64,000 nucleotides of DNA, taken from the NCBI GenBank assembly GCA_963674695.2, contig CAXXGI010000003.1:1013064-1077063 (forward strand). Direction: 5' to 3'. Position 1 is the stretch's first letter; each line of letters starts with the position of its first letter. The DNA comes from a bacterium (GTDB taxonomy: Bacteria > UBA10199 > 2-02-FULL-44-16 > JAAZCA01). Both the position numbers and the translations under genes were made by a program. Below are positions 9,319-18,094 of this stretch, one piece after another. The notes below the pieces were generated by a model. It was not told the DNA's origin. It was given only the letters and a program-made list of their open reading frames with translations, and made no database searches.

Positions 9319-11442
9319 ATGAAGGGTTTGCGCACAACACGACTGATCGTCATCGCCCTGTTGGCCGTCTTTGCTGCCGCCTGCGGTGCGGGCACGGGTC
9401 TGCCGACCGAGGATGGCGCGGGCAGCTCGGGCGGCGGCAGCTCTGATGCCTGCGGCGCCACGCCGACGATCAGCGCCGTCTCGATTCTCACGGGTGACGG
9501 TACGGAGCTGGCCATCGATGCCACGCCGCTGCCGGCGATCCTGAGTGTGAAGGCGACCTTTCCCAACTGCAGCAATTGGGATGCAACCGCACTGGCAACG
9601 CGTTTGGCCGATATCAGCATCGTCGACGGCGGCGACACCGCCGTGGCTGCGACCGCATCGGTCGCTGCAGACTTGAGCTACGGACTCGTGACGCCGGATG
9701 CCTTCCTCGACTATGACTCGACCTATTCGATCCTCGACGGAGGGGGCCCCCTCTCCGCGAGCGTGGCCAAAGCCGACGGCGAGGCAACATCTGCCTTCAG
9801 CATCGGAACACGCAATGACATGAACGGCGACGGCGTGCCGGAGCTGGTGCGTTCATTCACCGAGGCCGCGGAGGAAGGCACCTCGTTCAGTTACATGCGT
9901 CCGAGCTTCGATGAACCGCGCGATGTGGACATCGCCTCCTACTCCGGCATCGTGGTCCTCGACGGTGCGACGTTCACGCCGATCATGAAGATCTATGATT
10001 CGATCCCCGACACGGATGATTTTGAACGCTATGTCTCCCCGGTGATGGCACACGAAGCGCTCCTCTTCGACGATGGCTCAGGAAACTTCGCCCTGCTCGT
10101 GCCCCAGCCAATCACCGCGAGCGTGCATCTCTTCTCAGCACCGGCGGCCGATGCAACGCTGCCCGTGGTCCTCACGACCCTCGAATCGGATGCACAGTTC
10201 GAACTCTTTCCGAACATGGCGGCGACCGACACGCTCCAGATTGCCATCAACTGGGAACTCGATTTTGGCAGCGCCATCGCCGCACACTTTGACGGACAAG
10301 CGCTGCATGTCGCCGCACAGGTCAGGGGAACCGGGAAACATGGAAGTGAACGAGAAGGCGCCATCGTCACCTTCTCGAGCGAGAACAATACCGTCTCGGC
10401 ATTTCCGCTCGCAAACACCGAGGGAAATACCTTCGTCTCGCTCGGGTTCGTCGGGCTCGAAAACCACATGGATGCGAGCGCCGCAACGAGCATGCCCGAC
10501 CTGATCGTCCTGGAATCCGGCGATGTCACCCAGGATACCAATGGACACATCTGGCGCATTCAACCGGATGCCGCAGGAACCGCTGGGACAGGAGACGACC
10601 TCAACTTCCGCACCTCACAGCAGGAAGACCTGGTCGAAGACTATCTCTTCACGCTCTCCATCGGAAAGCTCGTCGCCGCGGAGGAGATCGCTCTCTCGCG
10701 CTATGCAATCGATGCCAACATCGTCGACGGACGTCTGGCCGTCATCGCCGATGACGACGAAGTCGTGGTCTACGACGGCAGCCTCGATATTGAGGCTCAG
10801 CTCGCGGCACCGGCGGGCCGAAACCTACGCAAGGTGCAACTCGCTCCTGCCGGCGGCGATGCCTATGATCTGATCACGCTCGATCATCTGGGCGCACTCG
10901 GAATGAAGAGCGGCTCGGCCATCTCCACCATCAGCGGCGCTTCATCGCTGGGACAGGCTCGGGGCTTCATCGCTTCTCCGACGAATGGTCAGCTGCGCAT
11001 CGTCAGTCGCTTCACCGACGCCACGAACGTCTTCGCCCTGAGCCGCGACGGCACGCTGGGCACGGCGAGCAGTCCGACCGCGCTCAACGGCGATGATGAA
11101 CCCTTCGACACGGAACGAATCATTGTGCCCTCCGATCCTGCGCGCGAGAACGAGCCGGGCTGCTACGTCCAGCCCTCCTTCTATGGGGACTATACCAACG
11201 GAGACGATACCGATGAAGCCTCGTGTAAAACCGATATCTGCCAGAGCACCTTTTCGACCTGTGGCACAGAGACCTGTGGCTCCTCGGGAAAAACCAGCGA
11301 GGCCAACGTCGGCACCTGCATCGGAAGCTGCATCGAGCAGTATAATCGATGCCGCTATGGCACGACCTGCATGAGCTGCATCACCGGTTGCGGAGCTGAC
11401 CAGAACTGCCAGAGTGCCTGCGATTGCCCCTCCGAATACTGA
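9319..11442 (+). CDS. Lipoprotein, paralogue of 7336-9303, with Cys-rich C-terminal domain
   Basis: The lipobox is LLAVFAAACGAG. The N-terminal module aligns with the upstream gene (DYDSTYSIL..SASVAKADGEATSAFSI vs DYDGTYSILVDGEALASVAKAAGDIDDSFSV; NDMNGDGVPE vs DHDGDGNPD). There are 14 Cys in the last ~95 aa, including the shared T-C-x-S-C-I motif. Confidence 0.8.
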   Translation: MKGLRTTRLIVIALLAVFAAACGAGTGLPTEDGAGSSGGGSSDACGATPTISAVSILTGDGTELAIDATPLPAILSVKATFPNCSNWDATALATRLADISIVDGGDTAVAATASVAADLSYGLVTPDAFLDYDSTYSILDGGGPLSASVAKADGEATSAFSIGTRNDMNGDGVPELVRSFTEAAEEGTSFSYMRPSFDEPRDVDIASYSGIVVLDGATFTPIMKIYDSIPDTDDFERYVSPVMAHEALLFDDGSGNFALLVPQPITASVHLFSAPAADATLPVVLTTLESDAQFELFPNMAATDTLQIAINWELDFGSAIAAHFDGQALHVAAQVRGTGKHGSEREGAIVTFSSENNTVSAFPLANTEGNTFVSLGFVGLENHMDASAATSMPDLIVLESGDVTQDTNGHIWRIQPDAAGTAGTGDDLNFRTSQQEDLVEDYLFTLSIGKLVAAEEIALSRYAIDANIVDGRLAVIADDDEVVVYDGSLDIEAQLAAPAGRNLRKVQLAPAGGDAYDLITLDHLGALGMKSGSAISTISGASSLGQARGFIASPTNGQLRIVSRFTDATNVFALSRDGTLGTASSPTALNGDDEPFDTERIIVPSDPARENEPGCYVQPSFYGDYTNGDDTDEASCKTDICQSTFSTCGTETCGSSGKTSEANVGTCIGSCIEQYNRCRYGTTCMSCITGCGADQNCQSACDCPSEY

Positions 11443-11522
11443 TGAACCGACCATGCAACCCCCTGAAAACAAATTGACGCCCTTTTGCGCCTCCCCTATC
11501 GTGTCCCCCACCAGGAGGCTCT

Positions 11523-12479
11523 ATGAAGAAAAAAGGCGGCATCGTTATCGCACTGGGCGGAAACGCCATCTCCAAGCCGGGGCTGCGCGGAACCATCCAG
11601 GAGCAGTTCGCCTCCACGCGCGAGAGCATGGAACACGTCGCTGAGCTCTACCTCGAAGGATTTCCCAATATCCTCATCACCCACGGCAACGGCCCGCAGG
11701 TGGGAGCCGCTATCCTGCGCAGCGAGATCGCGGCCAAGACCGTCTATCCGCTCCCCATGGATATCTCGGTCGCCGACACGCAGGGCGGCATGGGCTATAT
11801 GATCCAACAGACGCTCACCAACGCGCTGCGCTCACGCGGAATAAAACTCCCGGTGGTCACCGCTATCACACGCGCCGTGGTCGATGTGCACGACCCGGCC
11901 TTCGATGCCCCCAACAAACCCGTTGGCATGTTCTACACGGAGCAGGAAGCACGCCAGCTGATGGCGGGCCGCGGTTGGAGCATGCGCGAGGACGCTGGCC
12001 GCGGCTGGCGTCGCGTGGTTCCCAGCCCCAAACCCGTGCGCGTCCTGGAGGCCGAAGCGATCAGGGCGATGTTCGACAAGGGCTATATCGTCATCGCCGG
12101 CGGCGGCGGCGGTGTGCCCGTGGGACTCAACCGCCACAATCATTTTTATGGAATGGAAGCGGTCGTCGACAAGGATCGCACCAGCGCGATCCTCGCCAGC
12201 GATATCGGTGCCGACACGCTCGTTATCATGACCGCTGTCGAATTCGCCTTCGTCGACTTCGGCGGACCCAACCAACGCGCGCTGACCGACATGACCGCCG
12301 AGGAGATGCAGCGACACCTCGAACACGGCGAATTCGCCGACGGCAGCATGCGCCCCAAGATCGAGGCAGCGCTCAATTTCATTGCGCGCGGAGGCCGGGA
12401 GGCCATCATCACCTCAATTCCGAACTGTCTCGCAGCGTTGCGCGGAAAGACCGGCACCCACATTCGATCGCAACCCTGA
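11523..12479 (+). CDS. arcC: Carbamate kinase
   Basis: GGAGG RBS. IVIALGGNAIS...ITHGNGPQVG...AGGGGGVPV are signature blocks of carbamate kinase (amino-acid kinase family). Length is 318 aa. Confidence 0.9.
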   Translation: MKKKGGIVIALGGNAISKPGLRGTIQEQFASTRESMEHVAELYLEGFPNILITHGNGPQVGAAILRSEIAAKTVYPLPMDISVADTQGGMGYMIQQTLTNALRSRGIKLPVVTAITRAVVDVHDPAFDAPNKPVGMFYTEQEARQLMAGRGWSMREDAGRGWRRVVPSPKPVRVLEAEAIRAMFDKGYIVIAGGGGGVPVGLNRHNHFYGMEAVVDKDRTSAILASDIGADTLVIMTAVEFAFVDFGGPNQRALTDMTAEEMQRHLEHGEFADGSMRPKIEAALNFIARGGREAIITSIPNCLAALRGKTGTHIRSQP

Positions 12480-12589
12480 CCAGCACCCCCTCTAACCCCA
12501 TGAATCCTATTGCATTATTTCGCATTGACAACGCTATCCGACGTCGATAGCAGAGCTGCGAAGAGCCTGCCCCTGCGGAGGATGCACTC

Positions 12590-12745
12590 ATGACCGATAT
12601 CGACACCCTGAACTTCGACAATCCCGAGACATGTCCCAACTGCGGGCAATTCGTCGATGGCGATTCCGGCTGCCCGAACTGTGGCGCCATCCTCTGCGAA
12701 GAAGACGGTCTGGACGTCTTCGACGATGACGGCGGCCTCGATTAA
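12590..12745 (+). CDS. Small zinc-ribbon protein (51 aa) with acidic tail
   Basis: Not in the ORF track (below 60 aa). GGAGG lies 8 nt upstream of ATG 12590. Sequence: MTDIDTLNFDNPETCPNCGQFVDGDSGCPNCGAILCEEDGLDVFDDDGGLD. It has two CPNCG knuckles, and codon usage looks like the neighbouring genes. Confidence 0.5.
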   Translation: MTDIDTLNFDNPETCPNCGQFVDGDSGCPNCGAILCEEDGLDVFDDDGGLD

Positions 12746-12852
12746 GGCTAGCAAAAAAGAAAGAATAATTCCGTTGAACCGCACGGGGCTCCATGATAGG
12801 AGCCCCCATCTTTTTGTTCATTTGAAACAAACGTTTGAGGATTTTTTCATCT

Positions 12853-12936
12853 GCGACCGTGGCGGAATTGGCAGACGCGCTAGCTTCAGGAGCTAGTGGG
12901 AGCAATCTCGTCCCGGTTCGAGTCCGGGCGGTCGCA
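12853..12936 (+). tRNA. tRNA-Leu (anticodon CAG)
   Basis: Cloverleaf by hand. Acceptor GCGACCG/CGGTCGC plus discriminator A; anticodon stem CTAGC/GCTAG with loop TTCAGGA (CAG); long variable arm; T arm CCCGG-TTCGAGT-CCGGG. No encoded CCA. Confidence 0.9.
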
Positions 12937-12995
12937 CAGGAAACCAGCTAAAGAGCATGATCGCTCAATAGCTACATGGCTTCATAGCTTCCCTT

Positions 12996-15671
12996 ATGAC
13001 GCATCCGCTCATCACTCACCTCCTCCTCATCTTCCGGGGTAGCGTGCGCCTGTTCAAATTCCTGTTCAGCATCACCGCTGGTATTATCCTCATCGCCACC
13101 GTAGCGGGACTCAGCATCTACTTTTATTTCGCGCGCGACCTGCCTGACATCCGAACGCTCGAGGATTATCGCCCTCCCGTCATCAGCGAGGCCTATTCTA
13201 ATGATGACACCAAGATCGGCGAATTCTGGACTGAATGCCGCATCTTCGTCCCCTTCGATAAGATCCCAAAGCGGGTCATGCAGGCCTTCATCGATTCTGA
13301 AGATGCGCGTTTCTTCGAGCACAAGGGCGTGGATATGCGCTCGATCTTTCGCGCTTTCGTCGCCAACTTGAAGGCCGGCGAAATCACGCAGGGGGGCTCC
13401 ACCATCACGCAGCAGATCACGCGCTCGCTCTTGCTCTCGCGCGAACGCACGGTCACCCGCAAGATTCGTGAAGCAATCCTCGCCACGCGCCTGGAGCGGC
13501 ACCTCAGCAAGGAACAGATCCTGACGCTCTACCTCAACCAGATCTACCTCGGAAACCGCTCCTACGGGGTCGCCTCCGCAGCGCGCAACTACTTCCATCT
13601 CGATGTCGATGAACTCTCGCTCGCCCAGATTGCGCTCATCGCCGGACTTCCCACCGCGCCCACAACCTTCTCGCCCATCAACAGTCCGATCGAGGCGAGA
13701 AAACGCCAGATGCATGTCTTGGGTCGCATGGTCGAGGAGGGGCACATCACGCCGGAAGAGGCTACAGCAGCAGCGGATGCACATTTTCCCATCTTCACCG
13801 CCGGCATCGATAAGACCTTCATCGACAAGGATGCCGCCTACTTCACCGAACACGTGCGCCGCATCGTGAAGGAGCGCTATGGCGACGAAGTGCTCTATCA
13901 CAAGGGGCTCAAGATCTACACGACCGTCGACCTGCCGATGCAACGCGCAGCAACGGCGGCCCTGCGCGCAGGCGTGGAAAAACTCGACCGGCGACATGGT
14001 TGGCGCGGGCCGATCGCCCACATCGAACGCGATCAGATCGCGGCGCGTGCGAAACAAATCGAAGCCGCTCTCATGAGCGAGCAGCTCGGCGGACGCCTCA
14101 TCAGCTGGCCTCCAAGCGCCACGCATCAGGCGACGTCCATCCAATTCAAACCCGGGCAGATCTACGAAGCGATCGTCACGGATTTCCAGGGCAAGGACAC
14201 CTTCATCCAGATCGGAAACGTCTCCGGCGTCATCAAGCATGCGGGGCTGAAATGGGCCCGTAAACATTCGACCGGATGGCTCGGCTATGAAGGCAATAGC
14301 TACGTCAGCGATCCCAAAAAACTGCTCAGCGTAGGCGACGTGGTTCTCGCGCGACGCCTCGAAGATGGCACCTTCCAGCTCGCACAGATTCCCGGCGTTC
14401 AGAGCGCGCTGATCGCCGCAACCCCTCAGACCGGCGCCATTCGCGCCATGGTCGGCGGCTATGACTTCGCTCAGTCGGAATTCAACCGTGCCACACAGGC
14501 GCTTCGTCAGCCCGGCTCCTCGTTCAAACCCTTCGTCTATGCCGCTGCCCTCGACAAGGGATATACCTTCGACACGACCATCGTCGACGAACCGGTGGTC
14601 TATCAGGTCGGCCGAAACTCATTTTGGAGTCCAAAGAACTACGGCGGGAAACACAAAGGGCCGACGCCGTTCCGAAATTGCCTCACCTTCTCGCGCAACG
14701 TTCCGACGGTGAAGATCACCTTCGACATCGGCACGCACTACCTCACCGCCTTCGAACGCAAGATGGGCATCACCTCTCAGGTCGATAAATATCTCTCGAT
14801 GGCACTTGGCGCCAACTCCGTCTACCTCCAAGAGATGGTTCAGGCCTATACCATCTTCGTCAACCACGGCCGATTCTCACCGCTCATCGCCATCACGAGG
14901 ATCGAAGATGCCCACGGAAACATCCTGGAATCGGCCGAGCTGCCGAAGGAGACGCCGATCGCTTCATCACTGCTCAAGGGAATTTCTGAAGCCGATCGTG
15001 CCAAACAACAGGAGATCCTCGCCCAGCAACTGGCCGAGCGGCAGAACGTCAATGCTGACGAACTCAACACCGAACTCTTTGAGCTCGGCGTGAAGCATAT
15101 CGCCGAGGACAGCCTCATCCTCACCGACCTGGAACTCAAGACGCTCTATGGCGCGCAGATTCCGGAAGGGCACGTCATGACTCCGCAGACGGCCTACCTC
15201 ATGGTCCAACTCCTCAAAGGCGTGGTGGAGGGCGGAACGGGCGCGCGGGTGCGCGCGCTCGGGAAACCAGCGGGGGGGAAGACCGGAACGACAAACGATG
15301 AAACCGACGTCTGGTTCATCGGCTTCGTGCCGGACCTGGTCGCTGGCGTCTGGGTCGGATTCGACGAACTCAAGAAGATCGGCCGCGGCATCGCCGGAGG
15401 CAACACCGCCGCCCCCATATTTCTCGACTTCATGAAGGTCGCCACCGAGGGGTGGGAGGCCAAAGACTTTCCCAAGCCAGACAGCTTTCCTCACGGTGCC
15501 ATCGCCTCGATGACCGGCGGTTCCGCCATCTTCGGCGCACGCCCCACTCAGTCCTTCGGACCACATGGGGGCACTGATCGCGCGGGCGAATTCTTCGAAG
15601 AGGACCTCGAATACTTCGATGAACCGCCGGCGGGCTATGATGAACCGGCCGCCATCCCCCTAATTCAGTAA
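12996..15671 (+). CDS. mrcA: Penicillin-binding protein 1A (bifunctional transglycosylase/transpeptidase)
   Basis: N-terminal TM helix; GT51 motifs EDARFFEHKGVD and GGSTITQQ; transpeptidase motifs SSFKP and KTGTTND. Length is 891 aa. Confidence 0.95.
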   Translation: MTHPLITHLLLIFRGSVRLFKFLFSITAGIILIATVAGLSIYFYFARDLPDIRTLEDYRPPVISEAYSNDDTKIGEFWTECRIFVPFDKIPKRVMQAFIDSEDARFFEHKGVDMRSIFRAFVANLKAGEITQGGSTITQQITRSLLLSRERTVTRKIREAILATRLERHLSKEQILTLYLNQIYLGNRSYGVASAARNYFHLDVDELSLAQIALIAGLPTAPTTFSPINSPIEARKRQMHVLGRMVEEGHITPEEATAAADAHFPIFTAGIDKTFIDKDAAYFTEHVRRIVKERYGDEVLYHKGLKIYTTVDLPMQRAATAALRAGVEKLDRRHGWRGPIAHIERDQIAARAKQIEAALMSEQLGGRLISWPPSATHQATSIQFKPGQIYEAIVTDFQGKDTFIQIGNVSGVIKHAGLKWARKHSTGWLGYEGNSYVSDPKKLLSVGDVVLARRLEDGTFQLAQIPGVQSALIAATPQTGAIRAMVGGYDFAQSEFNRATQALRQPGSSFKPFVYAAALDKGYTFDTTIVDEPVVYQVGRNSFWSPKNYGGKHKGPTPFRNCLTFSRNVPTVKITFDIGTHYLTAFERKMGITSQVDKYLSMALGANSVYLQEMVQAYTIFVNHGRFSPLIAITRIEDAHGNILESAELPKETPIASSLLKGISEADRAKQQEILAQQLAERQNVNADELNTELFELGVKHIAEDSLILTDLELKTLYGAQIPEGHVMTPQTAYLMVQLLKGVVEGGTGARVRALGKPAGGKTGTTNDETDVWFIGFVPDLVAGVWVGFDELKKIGRGIAGGNTAAPIFLDFMKVATEGWEAKDFPKPDSFPHGAIASMTGGSAIFGARPTQSFGPHGGTDRAGEFFEEDLEYFDEPPAGYDEPAAIPLIQ

Positions 15672-15844
15672 TTCCCCGTATTTTCTCATCTTTCAGGCTC
15701 CCCCCCACTTTCTCCCCCATCGGGAGCGGCTTCAGTGCTATAATTTCTGTGATGAGAAGAGACCTTCATTCGAAACGGATACGGTGGATCGCGATCGACA
15801 GGGTTTCGTGATTCACCGTTTTCCTTTGCCGCAAGGGAGGCATT

Positions 15845-16054
15845 ATGCGTTTCGCACGGTCGCTCCGGAGACAGAAGGAAAACACCCACAAACGGCATGC
15901 AGAATCTGAAGGGAAGGCGCACTCGCAGAAAGGATGGAGCGGCCCCGACGAGGAGAGCGTCAAGCGCAAGAGCGAGTCAACGATGGAACATCAACAACAC
16001 CTCTCGCGCGGCATCGGCCACCACCCGGCGAGGTCGATTAAGGGACACTCGTAA
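15845..16054 (+). CDS. Hypothetical small, highly basic protein (69 aa)
   Basis: GGGAGG lies 4 nt before the ATG, and a TATAAT box is at about 15740. The product is rich in K/R/H/E/S with no recognisable domain. It could instead be a non-coding leader. Confidence 0.3.
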   Translation: MRFARSLRRQKENTHKRHAESEGKAHSQKGWSGPDEESVKRKSESTMEHQQHLSRGIGHHPARSIKGHS

Positions 16055-16058
16055 CGCC

Positions 16059-16190
16059 CCGAAGGGTGAAGGGTGACCGCCACCTTCGGTGGCTCAGACG
16101 AAGGGTGAAACAACAAAAACCCCCGACAGCGGATGCTGTCGGGGGTTCGTTGTTTCGCCCTTCACCCTTCGGTTTATATCACCCTTCGGT
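16059..16190. terminator. Long palindrome / bidirectional terminator built from CGAAGGGTGA words
   Basis: The central hairpin is AAAAACCCCCGACAGC-GGAT-GCTGTCGGGGGTT (about 16116-16148). It is flanked by cgaagggtga x3 on the left and tcacccttcg copies on the right. It lies between convergent genes. Confidence 0.7.
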
Positions 16191-16193
16191 TTT

Positions 16194-16820
16194 TCACTCC
16201 GCCTTCACCTCGATCGTTTCGATCACATCGCCCTGGCGAATACTCTCGACGACATCCATCCCTTCGGTCACCTGGCCGAAGACGGTGTAGGCGTTATCGA
16301 GAAACGGGGTCGGCTCGAGCGTGATGTAGAACTGCGAGCCGCTGTTGCGCCGCTCGGGGTTGACCTCGTCGCCCGTGCGTGCCCAGGCCAGCGCTCCCTT
16401 TGGATGCGGACGCTTGATCTCGGCGGGCGTGGTGTAGCCGGGGCCACCGGAGCCGGTCGCGGTGGGGTCGCCCCCCTGAATCACAAACCCCGGGACGACG
16501 CGGTGAAAGCTGAGCCCTTTATAATACCCCCCATCAGCCAGCTGCTTGAAGTTGGTCACCGAGATCGGCGCATCCGTCGCATAGAGCTCGCAGACGACCT
16601 TGCCCTTGTTCGTCGTGATGACCGTCGTATACGTTTTGCCCGCCTCGACTGCGGCCTCCTTCGGCTCCGTAAATGTCTTCGTCTCTTTCTCCGCCATCAC
16701 TGCCTCCTCCTGTTGTTGGACCGTCGCCGCAGGTTTCGCCTCGGGCTCAGCCACTTTTTTCTCGCATCCGATCGCGACCACCATAGTCGACATCATGATC
16801 AGCATTAGCATTGTCTTCAT
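16194..16820 (-). CDS. Cyclophilin-type peptidyl-prolyl cis-trans isomerase, lipoprotein
   Basis: The lipobox is MSTMVVAIGC. Cyclophilin blocks are present: FHRVVPGFVIQGGDP, QFYITL, VFGQVTEGMDVV. Confidence 0.92.
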   Translation of the reverse strand: MKTMLMLIMMSTMVVAIGCEKKVAEPEAKPAATVQQQEEAVMAEKETKTFTEPKEAAVEAGKTYTTVITTNKGKVVCELYATDAPISVTNFKQLADGGYYKGLSFHRVVPGFVIQGGDPTATGSGGPGYTTPAEIKRPHPKGALAWARTGDEVNPERRNSGSQFYITLEPTPFLDNAYTVFGQVTEGMDVVESIRQGDVIETIEVKAE

Positions 16821-16849
16821 CGTTCCTCCTCCAAAGAAAAAACATTCAG

Positions 16850-16938
16850 GAATCTACCGCCGTGAGGGGAAATCATTTGCGTCTGGAACAAGCTTCATCT
16901 GTGAAGATGCAAATGATTTCCCCGGGAGGCGGTAGATT
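16850..16938. repeat. Palindromic element, copy b of the CGTCTGGAACAAGCTTCATCT hairpin family
   Basis: GAATCTACCGCC..GGGGAAATCATTTGC-[GTCTGGAACAAGCTTCATCTGTGAAGAT]-GCAAATGATTTCCCC..GGCGGTAGATTC. It fills the whole spacer between two minus-strand genes. Confidence 0.85.
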
Positions 16939-17883
16939 CTACATGGCACCCACCATCTCCTCGAGTTGAGCCTCCGCGCACTCGCGCGTGGCCCCGAGAT
17001 CATAGCCCCCTTCGAGCACCACGGCCAGGCGACCATCGCAGCACTCGCCCGCGAGTTGCACCAGATCGCGCATCATCAGGCGATAGCCCTTCGTCGTCAC
17101 GCGCATCCCGCCGATGGGATCTTCGACGTGAGAATCGAAACCCGCCGATGAGAGGATGAACTCCGGCTTATACTTCACGACTGAGGGAATGACCTGCTCC
17201 TCGAAGGCACGGCGATACTCCTCATCCCCCGCCCCCCCGCTGAAGGGGATGTTGAGCGTATACCCCTGCCCCTCGCCGAGGCCCACCTCTTCAGCCGCAC
17301 CCGTTCCGGGGAAGAAGGGATGGCGATGGATCGAAGCGAAGAAGACGTCGGGACGACGCTCAAAGGCGTGCTGCGTGCCGTTGCCGTGATGCACATCGAA
17401 GTCGACGATCGCCACGCGGGAGAGCCCCTTCTCGCGAATAAGCCACTCGGCCGCGATGGCGATGTTGTTGAAGAAGCAAAACCCCATGGCGTGATCACGT
17501 TCGGCGTGATGCCCGGGCGGGCGCACGAAGGCGAAGGCGTTCTTCGCCCTCCCCTCCAGGACCTCCTCGGTACAACGAAGCGTTCCGCCGGCGGCGAAGG
17601 CCGCTGCCTCCCAGGTGTGAGCATTGGCGCTGGTATCCGGATCGAGGATCGTGCGTTCGATCCCCGCGGTGGCCGCGATGCGCTCGATATAGCGCTCGTC
17701 GTGAATGAAGGCCAGTTCGTCGCGCGTCGCCTCGCGCGGATCGATCCGTTCGACCTCGCGCCCCACGCCGTCACCATCGAGAACCGTCTGAACGGCCCCG
17801 AGCCGACGCGGCGTCTCCGGATGCATGATGCCCATCTCGTGTCGGGTATAGCGCTCATCCAGAATAACAGCGGTGCGAGTCAT
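16939..17883 (-). CDS. Histone deacetylase-family (AcuC/arginase-deacetylase fold) protein
   Basis: RPPGHHAE, DFDVHHGNGTQ and the GGYD block are typical of class II HDAC / acetoin utilisation deacetylases. Length is 314 aa. Confidence 0.9.
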   Translation of the reverse strand: MTRTAVILDERYTRHEMGIMHPETPRRLGAVQTVLDGDGVGREVERIDPREATRDELAFIHDERYIERIAATAGIERTILDPDTSANAHTWEAAAFAAGGTLRCTEEVLEGRAKNAFAFVRPPGHHAERDHAMGFCFFNNIAIAAEWLIREKGLSRVAIVDFDVHHGNGTQHAFERRPDVFFASIHRHPFFPGTGAAEEVGLGEGQGYTLNIPFSGGAGDEEYRRAFEEQVIPSVVKYKPEFILSSAGFDSHVEDPIGGMRVTTKGYRLMMRDLVQLAGECCDGRLAVVLEGGYDLGATRECAEAQLEEMVGAM

Positions 17884-18094
17884 GAATCCTCCGAGTCCGA
17901 CCTCCTAATCGCCCCTCGAAAAAAAATCAACTCTTCCATTATTTTCATATAGCTCCGACCGCAAACCTGCGTTCAGAATAGATTTGCTGAGGATGAAAAT
18001 GCCTTGCATTGGTCCTCCGTTTGCATATGATGCGGCTCCTTTTCATCGGAACAACAATCATTTTTTTCCTGCACCGTCGACAAAAGGAGCAGCC

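Noticed and set aside
15720-16060. RNase P RNA, tmRNA, SRP RNA or 6S RNA in the long PBP1A-cyclophilin spacer
   Set aside because: None of the universal core sequences were found on either strand (GGAAAGUCCGGGC-type for RNase P, GGGGCUGAUUCUGGAUUCGAC / tRNA-like 3' end for tmRNA, GGAAGCAGCC-type for SRP).
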